Shown here piece by piece: positions 51,408 through 61,677 of a stretch of DNA of 64,000 nt. The notes under the pieces are model-generated. The model saw only the letters and a list, made by a program, of their open reading frames with translations. It ran no database searches and was not told the origin of the DNA. The position numbers and the translations under genes are program-made. Each line of letters opens with the position of its first letter. The first letter of the stretch is position 1. Source of the stretch: Candidatus Poribacteria bacterium (GTDB lineage: Bacteria; Poribacteria; WGA-4E; WGA-3G); NCBI GenBank assembly GCA_965242965.1, contig OZ251518.1, positions 288,001-352,000 on the forward strand. Reading direction: 5' to 3'.

Positions 51408-54101
51408 TTAATTTTCCGTAACATGGGCACGGAACCAACAACGCCTCCCATCCGTTTTCAACGTAATGGCACCGAGTTCATCAGTGCGGAACAGCACACA
51501 TTCCCGTTCACGATACCGCGCAATGACCTCGGCATTCGGGAATCCAAACCGATTCCGAATGCCTAACGAAAAAAGGGCGAATTTCGGCTGGACGGCGGCT
51601 ATAAACGGCACGGTGCTTGACGTTCGGCTGCCGTGATGCGGCACTTTCAACACTTCGGCGCGCAAATCTTGCCCGGAGGCGAGGAGGCGCGTTTCTGCCT
51701 TCGCTTCAATATCACCTGTAAATAAGATGTCCACCTCGCCATAACTGAGTTTCATAACGAGGGAGTCGTCGTTGGTATCCGTGTCCGTGAGATCTGTGGA
51801 TGCAGCATCAATAGGATGCAGAAGATTGAGCGTGGCTGTCGGAGTCAATTCGATTTCTCCTGCGTATTCAAATGTTACCTCCAGGCCCTCTTCCTTGGCA
51901 TCGTTGGCAAGGTTGCGCAACTCCTGAATTGTTTGGGAATAGTCTGCATCATCCGATATGCCGAGGATGCGTTTCATCTCAAAGTTCTCCAAGATATGCG
52001 CGAGCCCGCCACCGTGGTCGATGTCTTGGTGCGACATTACTACCAGTTCCAACTCTCGGATCCCGTTCACATCAAGGTAAGGCGCGACGACGCGTTCGCC
52101 CATGTCATATTCTGCCTGCCGCTTTTTCTTTTCATTGTAATAGGAAAGCTGGACACCGCCATCAACAAGCATCGCGCGTCCATCGGGGAACTTCACCACG
52201 GCAGCATCGCCTTGCCCGACATCCAGCGTGACCACCTCTAGCAGTCGTCCTTCTTCATGAAACGCGCTGTCCCATACCCAAATTGCAACGACAGACAGCC
52301 CGATAAGGGTCGCAACCCTCCAATTTTTGTGGACGAACTGCCAATGCGTTATGCCTAAACAGACAGCAATGTAAACGACGAAGATGCCAAACGTAGGCGG
52401 TGTCATCTTCATGACGAATGATGCGTCTCCAAATGGGCCGATGAGTTTTAAAAGGATGATGATGATTAGATGGTTGAGCACGGCGAAGAGTTTCACTAAT
52501 AGGCCGATGAGTTTTAAAAGGATGATGATAATTACATGGTTGAGCCCGGCGAAGAGTTTCGCTAATGACAGCGAGATAAGCCCTACGCCTACCGATGCTA
52601 TGCCTAACACGAGGATAAGTGAAACGAGCCCGACTGCCAGGGGCCCGATGAGGATACCCCACGGATAGGCGCGGTAAAAGTGGAACGCGATGATAGGAGT
52701 TGTGCCGAGCAGTGCCGCTAACGTCACGAGATAGGAGAGAATGAGCCATTTTAATACGTGCCTCCAAGTTCTGATGTTCCAGATTCGTGAGTCGTCATCA
52801 TTTGAAGAGTCAGTGCCTTCCAAAAACCTATGAAGCGGCGTTTGCAGTTTCGGGACAAAAAAGCCAATTCCTTTCACTGCCTCAAACGACAACCAACGAA
52901 TTGTATTTTCCATTTTCGGGACGAAATAGACAATTGCTGTCACGGCGACAAACGACAACTGAAACCCGATATCCCACAATTGTGTTGGGTTCAAAAGGAG
53001 CAAAATTAAGGCGGCGAGCGCGAGTAGGTTGTAGATGTCGGCATCTCTATCAATGACAGTTGCAAGCAGAAAGAGGATTGCCATCAGTGCGGCGCGGAAA
53101 ACGGATGCCCGAAATCCGACTAGGCACGCGTAAATCAGCACTGCCGCGATGGTGATGAGCCTTATCACCTTTGTTGTTAGGTGTGGATGCTTGGGACGCA
53201 CACCGAGGACAAACGTGAATTTCATCAGACTAAAGTAACAGAACGCTGCGATGAAACCGACGTGTAATCCCGATACCGCCAAGAGGTGAAGAGTGCCGCT
53301 GTTGCGGAAGGTTTTCACCGTGTCAGTGGGTAAATCGCTCCGTTTGCCGAGCATGATGCCCTTGAGGACCTGGGCATCCAACGATTCGTTTTCATCTGCC
53401 TTATCAATGCGTAGGAAACGCAGTATGCCTTTGGTGAGACGTTCGCTCCATAGATTGTCTTGATAAACTTCATCGATAACTTCTTCGGTGCGGAGGCGCA
53501 GGGATTCTGTCCATCGGAGTGGTGGAAATCCCGCTTGCTCGCCGATTTTCAGCAGGCCTTGGTGATAGATTGTCCCGAAAACGGCTCTTCGCGCGAGATA
53601 GGCGCGGTAGTTAAAGCCGCCGGGATTGCGCTGCAGTTCGGGTTGACGTAGTGTGCCTGTCAATGTAAAACGTTTGCCGTAACGGAGCGGCTCAAGCCTC
53701 TGAAATCGGATGAGCAGTTTTGCCTGCACCGTTTCCCCTGTTTTAAGCAGTTCCAGCTCTCCGTTCGCGTAGCAAGCTTCCCACTCCTTGCCGCGTTCGG
53801 GTTGATACACAGTCTGTCCTGAAAAACTGACAGGCTCATTATAGAAATGAGAGGGGATTGGCGACGGCGTGGCGATGTCTAACCGCAGGATGCCGCTGGC
53901 GAAGATGGCGAGATGGAGCAGCGCGTAGAAAATTACTTTGCTTTTCAGGCGCGCAACCCACTGAAATAGCAAAGCGCAACTCAGACATACCAGCGTGAAG
54001 AGCCATGTCCAGAGCGGCGGCACCGCGGTGTATTCTCCTACAACGATGCCGAGCAGATAGGGGAGTAAGAAACGAAGAGCGAGTTGTAATTTGAGATGCA
54101 T
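51408..54101 (-). CDS. comEC: DNA internalization competence protein ComEC/Rec2
   Basis: NPGGFNY, HLLAVSGLH, GFQLSF, DVGQGD, SHQDIDHGG and KVPHHGS. Confidence 0.95.
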   Translation of the reverse strand: MHLKLQLALRFLLPYLLGIVVGEYTAVPPLWTWLFTLVCLSCALLFQWVARLKSKVIFYALLHLAIFASGILRLDIATPSPIPSHFYNEPVSFSGQTVYQPERGKEWEACYANGELELLKTGETVQAKLLIRFQRLEPLRYGKRFTLTGTLRQPELQRNPGGFNYRAYLARRAVFGTIYHQGLLKIGEQAGFPPLRWTESLRLRTEEVIDEVYQDNLWSERLTKGILRFLRIDKADENESLDAQVLKGIMLGKRSDLPTDTVKTFRNSGTLHLLAVSGLHVGFIAAFCYFSLMKFTFVLGVRPKHPHLTTKVIRLITIAAVLIYACLVGFRASVFRAALMAILFLLATVIDRDADIYNLLALAALILLLLNPTQLWDIGFQLSFVAVTAIVYFVPKMENTIRWLSFEAVKGIGFFVPKLQTPLHRFLEGTDSSNDDDSRIWNIRTWRHVLKWLILSYLVTLAALLGTTPIIAFHFYRAYPWGILIGPLAVGLVSLILVLGIASVGVGLISLSLAKLFAGLNHVIIIILLKLIGLLVKLFAVLNHLIIIILLKLIGPFGDASFVMKMTPPTFGIFVVYIAVCLGITHWQFVHKNWRVATLIGLSVVAIWVWDSAFHEEGRLLEVVTLDVGQGDAAVVKFPDGRAMLVDGGVQLSYYNEKKKRQAEYDMGERVVAPYLDVNGIRELELVVMSHQDIDHGGGLAHILENFEMKRILGISDDADYSQTIQELRNLANDAKEEGLEVTFEYAGEIELTPTATLNLLHPIDAASTDLTDTDTNDDSLVMKLSYGEVDILFTGDIEAKAETRLLASGQDLRAEVLKVPHHGSRTSSTVPFIAAVQPKFALFSLGIRNRFGFPNAEVIARYRERECVLFRTDELGAITLKTDGRRCWFRAHVTEN

Positions 54102-54141
54102 CTATCGGCACATCGAAAACCCGAGGGCTTCCTAACCAACC

Positions 54142-55572
54142 TTAAAAGTTGGCGAGGCGGGTTTGCAATTCTTCGGTTTGGACGGGCCGCGTGAAGTCCA
54201 TCAGATAAATCCGCATGTGATCACTCCGGTCGGAGCTGAACACCAGTTTTTTGCCGTCTCGTGACAGACTTGGTTCAAAATGCGCGCCGATGTGGTTCGT
54301 GAGTTGGATTTTGCGCGTGCCATCGGCGTTCATTATCCAGAGGGTATAGTGTCCGTGCGCGTTTGAGATGTAAATGATGCGCGTGCCATCCGGCGTGAAA
54401 ATCGGCTGATAATGGCTATTTGATGCCGCGGTGAGTTGTTTCACGTCGCCATCTTTCGCGCCATTTTTCACACTGAGAATGCAGAGTTGGTAGGCATCCT
54501 CCACGCTGGAAATGAAAGCAATCTGATTGCCATTGGGAGCCCACGCGGGATGCCCATCGTCAACTTCGTTGTCGGTGAGTTGCACTTTACCGGTGCCGTC
54601 TGTATTGACAACGTAGATTTCCAATTCATCGCTATTTTCGTTGGATTCAAAGGCGATTTTCTTTCCATCGGGTGAAAAGGCGGGGGCACTTTGCATCCCC
54701 TGCATTTCAACGAGGGGTCTTTGGTGTCGGCCATCAACTTCCATCAGATAGATTTTGGCGGTGCTTGGCACGGAGCCGCTTGCCTGAATCGGTGGCAGCA
54801 TCATCATCCCTTTGGTGCGTTCTGCAACGAAGGCAAGCGTCTTGCCATCGGGTGAAAAAGTAGGCATGTATTCGTCAAATTCTTCGGTGTGCGTGAGTTG
54901 CCGGAGTTCGCGCGTCTCTAAGTTCATCAGGTAAATCTCCCCGTTTTGAAGCCGATATGAGGCGAACGCGAGCCATTTCCCATCAGGCGAAATCGCCGGA
55001 CTGTAATCGTCGGTATATTTCGCCGTGAACGTCATGATATTGCCCTTTTCAGTGAAGGCTTGCTCGTAGTCGTCACTGCCTTCGGTACGGAGGCGTTGGA
55101 CGTGATACGCATCACCGGTGAGCCCCGCCAATTGCACAAGCACATCGGAATTCGGGGAACCGGAAGTTAGCAGGCGATGGAACTGCTCGTGTGCCAATTG
55201 CCGCTGATTCCCAAACCAATAGACGCGCCCAAGTGCGAACCTGACATCAGCTCGCTTCGGCGCGAGGCGCAACGCATTCTGAAACGCCTTAATAGCCTGC
55301 GCGTCTTCTCTTAACTGCGCATAGACGAGGCCGAGTTGATAGTATGCCTCGGCGTTAGAAGGCGCGCGTTGAAGCGTCTCCTCAAATTGGCGGACCGCGG
55401 CGGCAGTATCGCCTGTTGCGGCGAGCTGCTTACCGCGCTTAATACCCGGGTCTTCGCCGCATCCAAAGATGAGCAGGATTTGCAAGATTAGCACGATTTC
55501 CAGGATTATAGGAAATCGGGTATTGACGGTTTTCCCGGAGGCCGGGAGAGTAATGAAATGTGGCATTTTCAT
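54142..55572 (-). CDS. Putative lipoprotein with TPRs and a TolB-like (PD40) beta-propeller
   Basis: IFG-C lipobox; AYYQLG TPR; repeated P-x-F-SPDGK. Confidence 0.85.
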   Translation of the reverse strand: MKMPHFITLPASGKTVNTRFPIILEIVLILQILLIFGCGEDPGIKRGKQLAATGDTAAAVRQFEETLQRAPSNAEAYYQLGLVYAQLREDAQAIKAFQNALRLAPKRADVRFALGRVYWFGNQRQLAHEQFHRLLTSGSPNSDVLVQLAGLTGDAYHVQRLRTEGSDDYEQAFTEKGNIMTFTAKYTDDYSPAISPDGKWLAFASYRLQNGEIYLMNLETRELRQLTHTEEFDEYMPTFSPDGKTLAFVAERTKGMMMLPPIQASGSVPSTAKIYLMEVDGRHQRPLVEMQGMQSAPAFSPDGKKIAFESNENSDELEIYVVNTDGTGKVQLTDNEVDDGHPAWAPNGNQIAFISSVEDAYQLCILSVKNGAKDGDVKQLTAASNSHYQPIFTPDGTRIIYISNAHGHYTLWIMNADGTRKIQLTNHIGAHFEPSLSRDGKKLVFSSDRSDHMRIYLMDFTRPVQTEELQTRLANF

Positions 55573-55598
55573 GGTTTTTGTTGTGCGCTGGCAAATAT

Positions 55599-55957
55599 GA
55601 GCAGGATTGAGCAGGATTTGCAAGATATGAGCAGGATTTACAAGATATGAGCAGGATTTACAAGATTGAGCAAGATTTCACAGGATTAGGGATCTGGTGC
55701 ACCGGCGCGGTTTTGGCCTGCCATGGGGATTTGATGCATCAACATCTATAATCGTGATAATCGTGATAATCGTGATAATCCTGCTCGGATTTGCAAGATA
55801 TGAGCAGGATTTACAAGAGAAGACAAGATGAGCAAGATTAGGTTTTTGATAACCTGGGCCGTCGTGGCATGCCAGAACTGCATCGGTACATCGAAGTGAT
55901 AATCCTGTGAAATCTTGGTAATCTTGGAAATCCTGCTCCTAATCGTGATAATCTTGT
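55599..55957. repeat. GAGCAGGATT/CAAGAT short-period arrays arranged as two forward-spacer-inverted units
   Basis: Tandem gagcaggatttRcaagatat; inverted aatcgtgat and aatcctgctc tracts. Confidence 0.8.
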
Positions 55958-56008
55958 AAGAGTGACGATCAGGAAAACCTGATCGTCTTGACAGGCGTGA
56001 CCCTGCTC

Positions 56009-57679
56009 CTATTTTTGGTGAATATCTATGCGTTGGTTTACTGTGAACTTGTCATGCATCCGTTGCGTTTCGCCGTTCGGCCAGGTGACTTCAAGCCACT
56101 CAATCTTCGTTGCTGAACCCAAACCGAATTCGGCGAGGTAACTGTTAGACGACAGGTAACTGTCACCGGCGCAAATTTCTCGCATCTGGATGGCGTTCGC
56201 CGTTTTAAGTCGGATTTTCGCGCCGATGGCGTTCCGGTTCGCACGCTTGCCGTGCAATTTAACGTGCAGCCAATTCATCCCCGTGGCATCATTTCGCAAA
56301 AGCGTCGGCGGCGCGTGGTTATTGACGATAAAAATGTCCACATCGCCATCGTTGTCGTAGTCGCCGAAGGTGGTGCCGCGCGCAACGCGGTGTGGCAACT
56401 GCGCAATGCCAGCCTCGGCACTGACATCAGTGAACGTCTCATCGCCGTTGTTGCGGAATAACGCGTCCTGTTGCGCAATGAGCACTTCGGGCTGATGTAG
56501 CTCTTGAAAAGTGCTGCCGTTCGCGACGAAGATGTCCAAATCGCCATCGTTGTCGTAGTCAAAAAGGGAAGTGCCCCACCCAATCTGCTTGATACTCACC
56601 TCCGCCAGCATCGTTGAATAGGATTCGTCAACAAATCGGATGCGCGCCTGGGTATCGTTTTCCTCTTTTAAAAGATTCCGATAGAGCGCGTTTTCCTCGT
56701 CCACCCAGTGGCTCATAAAGAGATCGGTGTCGCCATCGTTATCATAATCGCCAGTGGTGACACCCATAGAGCCGCGAAAATCCGCCGCCCACGAATCGTC
56801 ACTCACATCGGTGAACGTGCCATCGCCATTGTTGCGATACACATGGTTGACGGTGGTATCGTTCGCGACATATAAATCCAGCGCGTTGTCCCCGTTGAAG
56901 TCACTGAAGACTGCCTGCATGCTTCTGCCGCCGGTTGCTGCAACGCCTGCCTCGGCAGTAACATCGGTGAAAGTCCCGTCGCCGTTGTTACGATAGAAGA
57001 CATTATCCTGCGGTTCAAAGACGTGCGGGTTGAGCGCGCTCGGCACCGGTTTACCGGATTGCATGGACTCCGCCTTCATCTCCTCCAACTTTTCCAAATC
57101 ATAGGTAACATAGTTGCAAACGTAAAGATCCAAGTCGCCATCAGCATCTGTATCCGCGAAGGAGGCTCCCGTGCTCCACAACGGTGCGCGCGTAGAAAGC
57201 GCGTCAGCAGCATTTGGAAAAGCAACATCGGTTACGTCCGTGAACGTGCCATTCCCGTTATTGCGATAGAGGACGTTTGGACCGTAGTTGGTAACATAGA
57301 GTTCGATGTGTCCGTCACCGTTGTAATCGACGAAGACGCAACCCATGCCGTACCCGGTATCCCCTACGCCGGCGGTTTTCGTTATATCCGTAAACGTGCC
57401 ATCGCCGTTGTTGCGATAGAGCGCGTTGCGCGCCGGATGCCGATGCGTGACACCGAACGGCCCGGGAATATTGACAACGTAAATATCTAAGTCGCCATCG
57501 TTATCAATATCAGCAAACGCCGCGCCAGAGCCCATATCTTCCGGTAGCAAGGACGTGCGTTTTGGCTGCGCGCCCGCGTGTCGGAAATCGATGGCTGCCT
57601 CGCGCGTGACATCGGTAAAGGTTGCGGCGTGCGCAATCAACGGGAAAAAAGAGATGAAGAAGGCGATGATTTTTAGCAT
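56009..57679 (-). CDS. CRTAC1/ASPIC-UnbV family FG-GAP repeat protein
   Basis: Many DxDNDGDxD and YRNNGDGTFTDV repeats; AIGA..FGLG..WPNG. Confidence 0.92.
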   Translation of the reverse strand: MLKIIAFFISFFPLIAHAATFTDVTREAAIDFRHAGAQPKRTSLLPEDMGSGAAFADIDNDGDLDIYVVNIPGPFGVTHRHPARNALYRNNGDGTFTDITKTAGVGDTGYGMGCVFVDYNGDGHIELYVTNYGPNVLYRNNGNGTFTDVTDVAFPNAADALSTRAPLWSTGASFADTDADGDLDLYVCNYVTYDLEKLEEMKAESMQSGKPVPSALNPHVFEPQDNVFYRNNGDGTFTDVTAEAGVAATGGRSMQAVFSDFNGDNALDLYVANDTTVNHVYRNNGDGTFTDVSDDSWAADFRGSMGVTTGDYDNDGDTDLFMSHWVDEENALYRNLLKEENDTQARIRFVDESYSTMLAEVSIKQIGWGTSLFDYDNDGDLDIFVANGSTFQELHQPEVLIAQQDALFRNNGDETFTDVSAEAGIAQLPHRVARGTTFGDYDNDGDVDIFIVNNHAPPTLLRNDATGMNWLHVKLHGKRANRNAIGAKIRLKTANAIQMREICAGDSYLSSNSYLAEFGLGSATKIEWLEVTWPNGETQRMHDKFTVNQRIDIHQK

Positions 57680-57715
57680 GTTTCAGTCTAGCGCGGGCTT
57701 GTCCTGCTCCCTACG

Positions 57716-59083
57716 TTATGGGACACGGGTGTCTAAAAAATTGGTGAAGACATGCCCATTCAGAAAGCGTTCATCGTTCAGAATGCTTTGATAGAGGGGT
57801 ATCGTCGTCTTAATTCCCTCGATTTTGAATTCCGAGAGCGCGCGTTTCATGCGGGTAATCGCTTCGTGCCTGTCTCTGCCGAACGCGATGAGTTTCGTGA
57901 CGAGCGAGTCGTAATGCGGCGGCACCCGATAGCCGGCGTAAATATAGCCGTCAACGCGGATACCGATTCCCCCCGGCGGTTGATAAGCCGTTATTAATCC
58001 CGGTGATGGCATGAACCCGTTGCCCGGGTCTTCGGCGTTAATGCGGCACTCGATGGCATGTCCCTCTTGGCGAATATCGGATTGGCCGTAGCCGAGTTCT
58101 TCGCCCATAGTTATCCGAATCTGCTCCTTAATCAGATCTGTGCCGGTGATGCATTCGGTAATCGTATGCTCGACTTGGATGCGGGTGTTCATCTCCAGAA
58201 AATAGAAGTTGTCGTCTGTATCAACGACGAACTCAATGGTGCCGGCGTTCGTGTATCCTATCGATTTTACCGCCTTCGCGGCGGCTTTGCAGATTTCGGC
58301 GCGGAGTTTCGGCGAGATTGATGCCGCGGGGGCTTCTTCTAGCAGTTTCTGTTGATTGCGCTGGATGGAGCATTCGCGCTCGCCGAAATGGACGGCGTTC
58401 CCGTGTGTATCGGCTAACACCTGCACCTCAATGTGCTTTGCATCTTCGATCCACTTTTCAACGTAAACTTCACCGTTGCCGAACGCCGCTTCCGCTTCCG
58501 CCTTCGCGGTATGGAAAAGGTTGAAAAGGCTCGGCTGATTGTGCGCAATACGGATGCCGCGGCCGCCACCGCCCGCGACGGCTTTGATACCGACAGGGTA
58601 TCCGATTTTTTCGGCGAGTTGCACCGCCTCTTCAGCCGTATCAACGGTGCCTTTTTTGCTATGTTTCCGTTTGCCGCCTCGGCTACCGGGGACGAGTTTC
58701 AGCCCTGCCTTCGCGACTTTCTCACGCGCTTGGACTTTGTCACCCATCGTCGCTAAATCGGTGATAGTGGGACCGATGAAGCGGATCTGGTGTGCTTCAC
58801 ACATCTCAGCAAACTGCGCATCCTCCGCAAGAAATCCTGCACCGGGATGGATAGCATCGACGTTGGCAAAATCGGCGACAGAGATGATGTTGAAATACTT
58901 CAGGTAACTATCTGCAGACGGGGGCGGCCCGATACAGTACGCCTCGTCGGCGTGTTGGACATGCAGCGCATCGGCATCCGCCGTGGAGAAGACTGCGACG
59001 GTTTTAATGCCCATATCTTTGCACGCGCGGATAATGCGGACGGCTATCTCACCTCGATTGGCGATAAGGATTTTTTTGAACAT
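57716..59083 (-). CDS. accC: Acetyl-CoA carboxylase biotin carboxylase
   Basis: [31 protein letters not shown] and RINAEDP. Confidence 0.96.
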   Translation of the reverse strand: MFKKILIANRGEIAVRIIRACKDMGIKTVAVFSTADADALHVQHADEAYCIGPPPSADSYLKYFNIISVADFANVDAIHPGAGFLAEDAQFAEMCEAHQIRFIGPTITDLATMGDKVQAREKVAKAGLKLVPGSRGGKRKHSKKGTVDTAEEAVQLAEKIGYPVGIKAVAGGGGRGIRIAHNQPSLFNLFHTAKAEAEAAFGNGEVYVEKWIEDAKHIEVQVLADTHGNAVHFGERECSIQRNQQKLLEEAPAASISPKLRAEICKAAAKAVKSIGYTNAGTIEFVVDTDDNFYFLEMNTRIQVEHTITECITGTDLIKEQIRITMGEELGYGQSDIRQEGHAIECRINAEDPGNGFMPSPGLITAYQPPGGIGIRVDGYIYAGYRVPPHYDSLVTKLIAFGRDRHEAITRMKRALSEFKIEGIKTTIPLYQSILNDERFLNGHVFTNFLDTRVP

Positions 59084-59224
59084 TTTTGTTGTTCGCAATG
59101 CGTTTGATTAACAATATTGGTGCGAGAACGTCTCTCTACGTAAGCTAGCGTTGACTCGGTTTTCGATGCTATTCTTGACATTCTTGACGTTGCCAAGAAC
59201 AGTGACGAATCAACGTAATTTAGT

Positions 59225-59692
59225 GAGGGTGTTTCATATCTTGATGGCTTCCCGGTAGGAGAGACCTCCCGGTCTCGATGCACACCGTATCGGGACAAGG
59301 ATGTCCCTCCTACCTAAAGGCACCGGGCCCACCTCTGTAGTTCGGGAGCACCCTCCCTGTCTTGATGCCCACCGTATCGGGACAAGGATGTCCTTCCTAC
59401 CGGAAGGCATCGGGCCCACCTCTGTAGTTCGGGATCGCCTGATCCCGATCGGGTCAAGATCAGGCGATCTTGACCTACAGAGGTGAGGCGGTCTGACAGC
59501 CAAACGCATGGCGAGGGACAGGCCCTCGCCCTACGTGAAGGGCGGCTGTAGTTCGGGATCGCCTGATCCCGAACGGGTCAAGATCGTTTGGCAAATATGC
59601 CAGAACTTCAGATGATCTTGCCCTACAGGGGGGATGCGGTCTGACAGCAATACACATGGCAAGGGACAAAAGTTCCCTCGCCAGATGCCAGG
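59225..59692. repeat. TIR-headed REP cluster between accB and accC
   Basis: GAGGGTGTTTCATA at 59225 followed by GTAG palindromes. Confidence 0.85.
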
Positions 59693-59694
59693 GT

Positions 59695-60150
59695 TTACGT
59701 GAGCCGCGCGATTCGGAAGAGCGGCTCTCCGTATTCAACCGCTGCGCCATCCTCAGCGAGGATTTCGAGAATCTCGCAGCTGAAGGATGCCTCGACCGGG
59801 TTGTAAGTTTTCATCACTTCCAAAACGGCTAACGGGGCACCGGGGCTAACGGTATCGCCTACCTGAACGAAGGGAGGTTCGTCAGGTGCAGGCGAACGAT
59901 AGAACCGTGAGGGCATCGGCGCGGTAATAAATTCGCCTTTTTCCTCCGCAGTGGTGCCGGTGGATGTTTCAACCGGCACCATCGGCTGCGGCTGCATCGG
60001 TGTCGCGGCGGATTGTCGCGAGAGCTGCACCTCCAATTCGCCATCTCGGATGCGCAGCTCCGAGAGTTTGGCGCGCTCGGCAATAGTCACCAGGTTTTCA
60101 ACGAGCTCCAGGAGATGGTTTTCATCCTGCTCGTGCTTTTTTCGGTTCAT
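59695..60150 (-). CDS. accB: Biotin carboxyl carrier protein
   Basis: FYRSPAP, EVMKT biotinylation motif and VEYGEPLF. Confidence 0.92.
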   Translation of the reverse strand: MNRKKHEQDENHLLELVENLVTIAERAKLSELRIRDGELEVQLSRQSAATPMQPQPMVPVETSTGTTAEEKGEFITAPMPSRFYRSPAPDEPPFVQVGDTVSPGAPLAVLEVMKTYNPVEASFSCEILEILAEDGAAVEYGEPLFRIARLT

Positions 60151-60167
60151 AAATCCGTCCTTACAGT

Positions 60168-60725
60168 TTAGACCCTTTCCACATATTTACCTGTCCGGGT
60201 GTCAACTTTGATGGTAGTTTCGTTTTGAACGAAGAGCGGAACGTTGACTACTGCGCCTGTTTCCAGCGTGGCGCGTTTAGAACCGCCGCTGACTGTGTCA
60301 CCCCGTAACCCCGGGTCTGTCTCGACGATTTGGAGTTCCACGAAGTTGGGCAGTTCCAGCGCGAGCGGCACCGTTCCTTCCATCTTAACGGTGACGGTGA
60401 CACCCTCCTTCAGGAACTTCATGCTGTCGCCGACGAGAGCCGTCGGCAGCGAGTGTTGCTCAAAGGTTTCGTTGTCCATGAAACTCAACATATCGCCATC
60501 ACGGTAGAGATACTGCATCTCGTGGTCCATCAGGCGTGCGGTTTCTATGGTTTGGTTGGCCCGGAACGTCCGGTCCAAGACTGCGCCATCGGTGATGCGC
60601 TTGATTTTCGTCCGAGCGAAGGCACCGCCTTTTCCCGGTTTGACGTGCTGGCAATCTACAATCGTGTAGAGGGTATCGTTGAGTCGGATTACCAACCCAT
60701 TTCGTAAATCGTTCAGTGCTGCCAT
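60168..60725 (-). CDS. efp: Elongation factor P
   Basis: HVKPGKGGAF, GDT and VPLFV..DTRTGKY. Confidence 0.97.
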   Translation of the reverse strand: MAALNDLRNGLVIRLNDTLYTIVDCQHVKPGKGGAFARTKIKRITDGAVLDRTFRANQTIETARLMDHEMQYLYRDGDMLSFMDNETFEQHSLPTALVGDSMKFLKEGVTVTVKMEGTVPLALELPNFVELQIVETDPGLRGDTVSGGSKRATLETGAVVNVPLFVQNETTIKVDTRTGKYVERV

Positions 60726-60888
60726 TTTTTGGTCTTTCACAATGCGTTTGATAACACGGCTTGTGCAATGATATTAAACGCTGTAGAACTGTCATTGACG
60801 TTGAGTTGACATTGTCGATGACTATTTTTGGATTTGGGTAGGCGCGGTGGACAACGTGCGCGCTGGCACGTTTCATAGCCTGAGGCAC

Positions 60889-61677
60889 CTACCGGTGTTG
60901 TTCTAACTCTAGCCAAGGAATCGCTAACTGCAACGCCTTAGCCCTGTGGCTGATGCGGTTCTTGCATTCATCGCCGAGTTCCGCAAACGTCTTGTCATAT
61001 CCAGCGGGAACAAAAACCGGGTCATAGCCGAAACCGCCCTTTCCTACAGGAGATAGTGTGATGTGGCCTTCACAAACCCCGATAACGACCTGGGTGCTAT
61101 CAGCATGGCGAGGGACAGGCCCTCGCCCTACGAACCTAGCCGATTGGGTGCTATCAGCATGGCGAGGGACAGGATCATGTTCTATGAACCCAGCCGATTG
61201 GGTGCTATCAGCATGGCGAGGGACAGGCCCTCGCCCTACGAACCCAGCCGAGTTGCTAGGGACAGGCCCTCGCCCTACGAACCTAGCCGAGTTGCTAGGG
61301 ACAGGTTTCGCGATGGCGACGGCCGCGACGAAACGCGCGTCTCTATTCGGGTTTCCTTCCAATGCGGCGAGCAATTTTGCGATGCGCATCTCGTCAGTGG
61401 CATCCTCGCCTGCCCAACGTTTTGAATGGACACCCGGGGCCCCGTCAAGTGCAGCAACCTCTAACCCTGCATCATCGGCGAGGGTGAGATGGCCTGTGTA
61501 ATCGGCGATAGCGTTCGCTTTTTTGCAGGCGTTCTCGGCGTAGGTTTCGCCATCTTCCACGATGTCCGGCGCGTCCGGAAAGTCGTGCAAGGCGCAAATC
61601 TGCAGGTATCGCGATTTAAGCATGTCCCTCAACTCACGGACTTTGCCGAGGTTCCGGGTTGCCAAGACGAGCTTCAT
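60889..61677 (-). CDS. rdgB: Non-canonical purine NTP pyrophosphatase (RdgB/HAM1) with a ~72-aa repeat insert
   Basis: ATRNLGK, DDAGL, PGVHS, GFGYDP and KNRISHR. Confidence 0.93.
   Translation of the reverse strand: MKLVLATRNLGKVRELRDMLKSRYLQICALHDFPDAPDIVEDGETYAENACKKANAIADYTGHLTLADDAGLEVAALDGAPGVHSKRWAGEDATDEMRIAKLLAALEGNPNRDARFVAAVAIAKPVPSNSARFVGRGPVPSNSAGFVGRGPVPRHADSTQSAGFIEHDPVPRHADSTQSARFVGRGPVPRHADSTQVVIGVCEGHITLSPVGKGGFGYDPVFVPAGYDKTFAELGDECKNRISHRAKALQLAIPWLELEQHR
61091..61305. repeat. In-frame tandem amplification of a REP-containing unit (54- and 39-bp periods) in rdgB
   Basis: gggacaggccctcgccctacgaaccYagccga repeated. Confidence 0.9.

Noticed and set aside
55964-55987. Rho-independent terminator after the CRTAC1-like gene
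   Set aside because: Perfect 10-bp stem but no U-tract, so not called.
309-59750. Many short ORFs with [24 protein letters not shown] or MKHP peptides
   Set aside because: They are translations of REP/TIR DNA. The same artefact extends the ORF-track starts at 6639, 7785, 18391, 48545 and 55623.
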